Positions 61,371 through 64,000 of a stretch of 64,000 nucleotides of DNA are shown here, piece by piece. The stretch spans positions 1,612,001-1,676,000 of the forward strand of contig JAYWIR010000019.1 of NCBI GenBank assembly GCA_036172245.1, read 5' to 3'. Position numbers and translations under genes: made by a program. The notes under the pieces are model-generated. The model was not told the origin of the DNA, ran no database searches, and saw only the letters and a list, made by a program, of their open reading frames with translations. This DNA is from Raillietiella orientalis. Lineage: Eukaryota. The first letter of the stretch is position 1. Every line of letters starts with the position of its first letter.

Positions 61371-62339
61371 GCAGGAACGCTGTCGCGTCCCGACCCCGAG
61401 TAACCTGACGTGAGATTGCAGGCGGTTTAGAAACCGGGGTCAGGCTAGCATGTGAGCCACCGCTTCTCCCGGCACAAGCCTTGCCGGTAAGCGGAACGCA
61501 ATGACAATTTTCCGCGGTGGTTCCCATGGGCAGACAGGCAAAGAGTGCGGGCCGATCCTCGCCTCGCTTCGCGGGTCCCGCGGCGGCCCTAAACGCGCTC
61601 TGCAAAGAGGAAAGGGCGGGAAGCCCTCCGGGAAGCGTTTTCGCACTGGCAGACCCCGTCCTAGCAGGTGGCTCCCCCCTCGCGAGCGGCGCTGGGGCTC
61701 CTCCCCCTTGCTGCACGTCGCAGGCCGCCAGGAGCGCAGTCCCGCATTCGGAAAGACGCGCGCGCAGAAGGGGCGTCACCCGGCTGTTTCGTGTTCCGGG
61801 AGTCCCTCTCCCCGAACCCACGACTTCGGGAGGGGCAGCCGCCTCGCCGCGGGAAGAAAGTCAAGAAGAAACCGAAGAGGCAGACGAAGAGGAACGGAAA
61901 GGTCTTCAGGGCGAAAAAGAGACACGCAGAACCCGTCTTTTGTTTTTCCTTCTTGCCCGCGTCGAAATTTCCAGGAAAAAAAAAATCCTGTTTGTGCTCG
62001 GGGTGCGGAAAGGAAATCCTGGATTCCAACGCGGCGGCGGAAGTCATTCCGCGCGGGCGATGTCCAACCTCGAGGACCGCGAACGCGACGGGCGGTTGGT
62101 GGGGCAAAGCGACGGGATCGACGCGCGACATGGGGAGATCCAGTCGGGGAGGGAGACCGTTGGAGACCAGCCGGAAGAGGAACCTTCCCGATGCCCGGGT
62201 GCACGTAGCCTGGAAGAGGCCACGTGCACTCAGGCTGCTGATGATGGGGAGGATAACGGAGATCCTTCTGGCTTTTTCTTTCAGGTTTCATTTTTTTTGG
62301 TTCGCTGAGTACCTCGAAGACAGTCGCGCCCCTGGAGGC

Positions 62340-63005
62340 GGCTCACGCAGCTCTTTGACGCTGTTCCACGCCACCCGAGGGAGAGTGTAATTCTTCAAGA
62401 TAGGAGGTGCCTTGAGGAAGGGACCACCTACGAATCCAGGAAGGGCTTTAAAGAAGGGAGTCCCGTTCCTCTCACTTCTGCGGAGAGATCCCCGAAGGGA
62501 ATCTCCTTCCTTATGCTCTCTGGAGGGATCCCCGAAGGGGTACGCTCCATTTTTTCTTCTCCAAAGAGAACCCGCAAGGGAACCGCTCCCTTATTGCTCC
62601 TCTGAAGAGAACCCCGAAGGGACTCTTTCGAAATTTCTCAGAAGGGCGCTCCTCGAAGGGAGCGGCACGCTTCTTTGCACTCTCTGGAGAGGCACCATCG
62701 ATCCATCAGCTCCATGGTACGAGACGAAGGGTCCATCCACGAGGGGAGAGGGACGGTCCCTTTGCACAACTGGAGGAGAACCCCGAAGGGAATAGGACTC
62801 CTTGATTCAGTTCCTGGAAGGACCCCGGAGGGTCGACTCCCAATCCCGGCCACTCATCGATGGCATCCGGTTTTTACCAGCTTCTAGCAGTGCCTCACCC
62901 GATTATGGGTCAACCAGCGTCATCTCGCGGGAGGAACTCGAACCCACGACGCACCCCCCATCTCTCGGCGTCGATTCTTTCCGAGTATTCGCACCCGCGA
63001 CATCT
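62340..63005 (-). mobile_element. tRNA-derived SINE-like element, longest copy, with internal GAGA.CCCCGAAGGG subrepeats
   Basis: Collinear similarity to the copies at 47880, 52250 and 60970; degenerate B box (TATTCGCACCCGCGAC on + strand). Confidence 0.7.
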
Positions 63006-64000
63006 GTTGGTGCCACGCGCAGAAACCGCAACCACGTGCCCTCCGACACGGGCTGGGCTACTGCTGACCGGGAAAGCGTCGGGCAAGGTCCTGCTTGCGG
63101 ACGTCGTCTAAGGGATAGGACGGCTGTATCCTCGGCGGAGCAGGGAGTGCGGCGTGAAAGAACAGCACAAAATAGAGACGAGCAGCATCCTTGCGATGGC
63201 AGGCACGCTACAACCCCGTCTCGGGAGGCTGCGCCGGATGAGATTGGAGGACCGCGGGCGACGGACAGAGCGCGAAAGGAACGAAATTCTTTTCTTTCGG
63301 GAAGAGGTGAAGATCGCCGGTGACTTCAAGCAGCTCCGCGATCTTGGGCGCCTCTGCTAGGCAGTGGTTAAAACGGAGCTTCCTACCATCTTCTTGCGTA
63401 GGTGAAGTGCCGGAGCCACAAAAGGTGAGGAAAACCACGTGATCGGGAGACAAAAGATCAAGTGAACGGAAATATCAGCGCAGGTTCGGCCTGGCTCGCT
63501 TCGAGTCGGGTGCTTCGCGGCGTGACGTTAGCGGGCGCGCGATCGGCGCGTCGTCCGAGAACGCAGTGTGCACGCAATGGCACGATCGGAAACCGGCCCA
63601 CCTCCAAGTGGCGCCCTTGCGCAGCGAGGCTCCTGGCGGTCGATTTGAGGTGGCCCACTCTGCACGCCGAGCCGGCGGTTCTAGACTACGACTCGCCTAA
63701 ACTTTCTGAACCAGACTCAAGTCCTCTTCGACTGCCCACCGCCTGGCAACGATGGAACTTCATGCCGTTAGGGGCTGCTGCTGACAGCCTCCCGATTCTG
63801 AATCTACGCGTCGTCTTCCCCACACGAATCACCCTCGATCTCGATCAACAACGATGGGCGACTTGGAATTCATAGACAGACTGCCTTTCGTGGGATTTCC
63901 GGAATGCCGGGAACGGCGTCGCGAAGTCACGCTAGCGGTGCCGAGTTCCAGAGATTCGTGTGCCGAAGCGGATGCGTAGGAAGCAGCACTTTCTGACCAC

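Overview
Eukaryotic (invertebrate animal, probably arthropod-like) genomic DNA with very short GT-AG introns, many about 36-60 nt. Gene order on reading the sequence: LAMTOR3 (+, 5' partial), mitochondrial aspartyl-tRNA synthetase DARS2 (+), a ~32 kb GC/CpG-rich gene desert containing one BarH-class homeobox gene (+), DEAD-box helicase DDX31 (-), single-coding-exon BCCIP (-), an apparently perfect 433-bp inverted repeat, a U2 snRNA-like gene with a remodelled 5' domain, an AT-rich foldback-like block, and a GPI-type matrix metalloproteinase (-, 5' end outside the window). There are also four copies of a tRNA-derived SINE-like repeat. Most long ORFs in the supplied track are artefacts of GC-rich non-coding DNA. 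The best leads are the U2 variant lacking the canonical branch-point recognition sequence, the convergent BarH-DDX31 pair (matching human BARHL1-DDX31, a possible ancient regulatory block), the inverted repeat with one shared ORF start and two alternative C-termini, a densely base-paired ~430-nt region upstream of DARS2, and a possible BCCIP-DDX31 operon-like unit. All calls come from manual reading; no database searches or folding programs were run.
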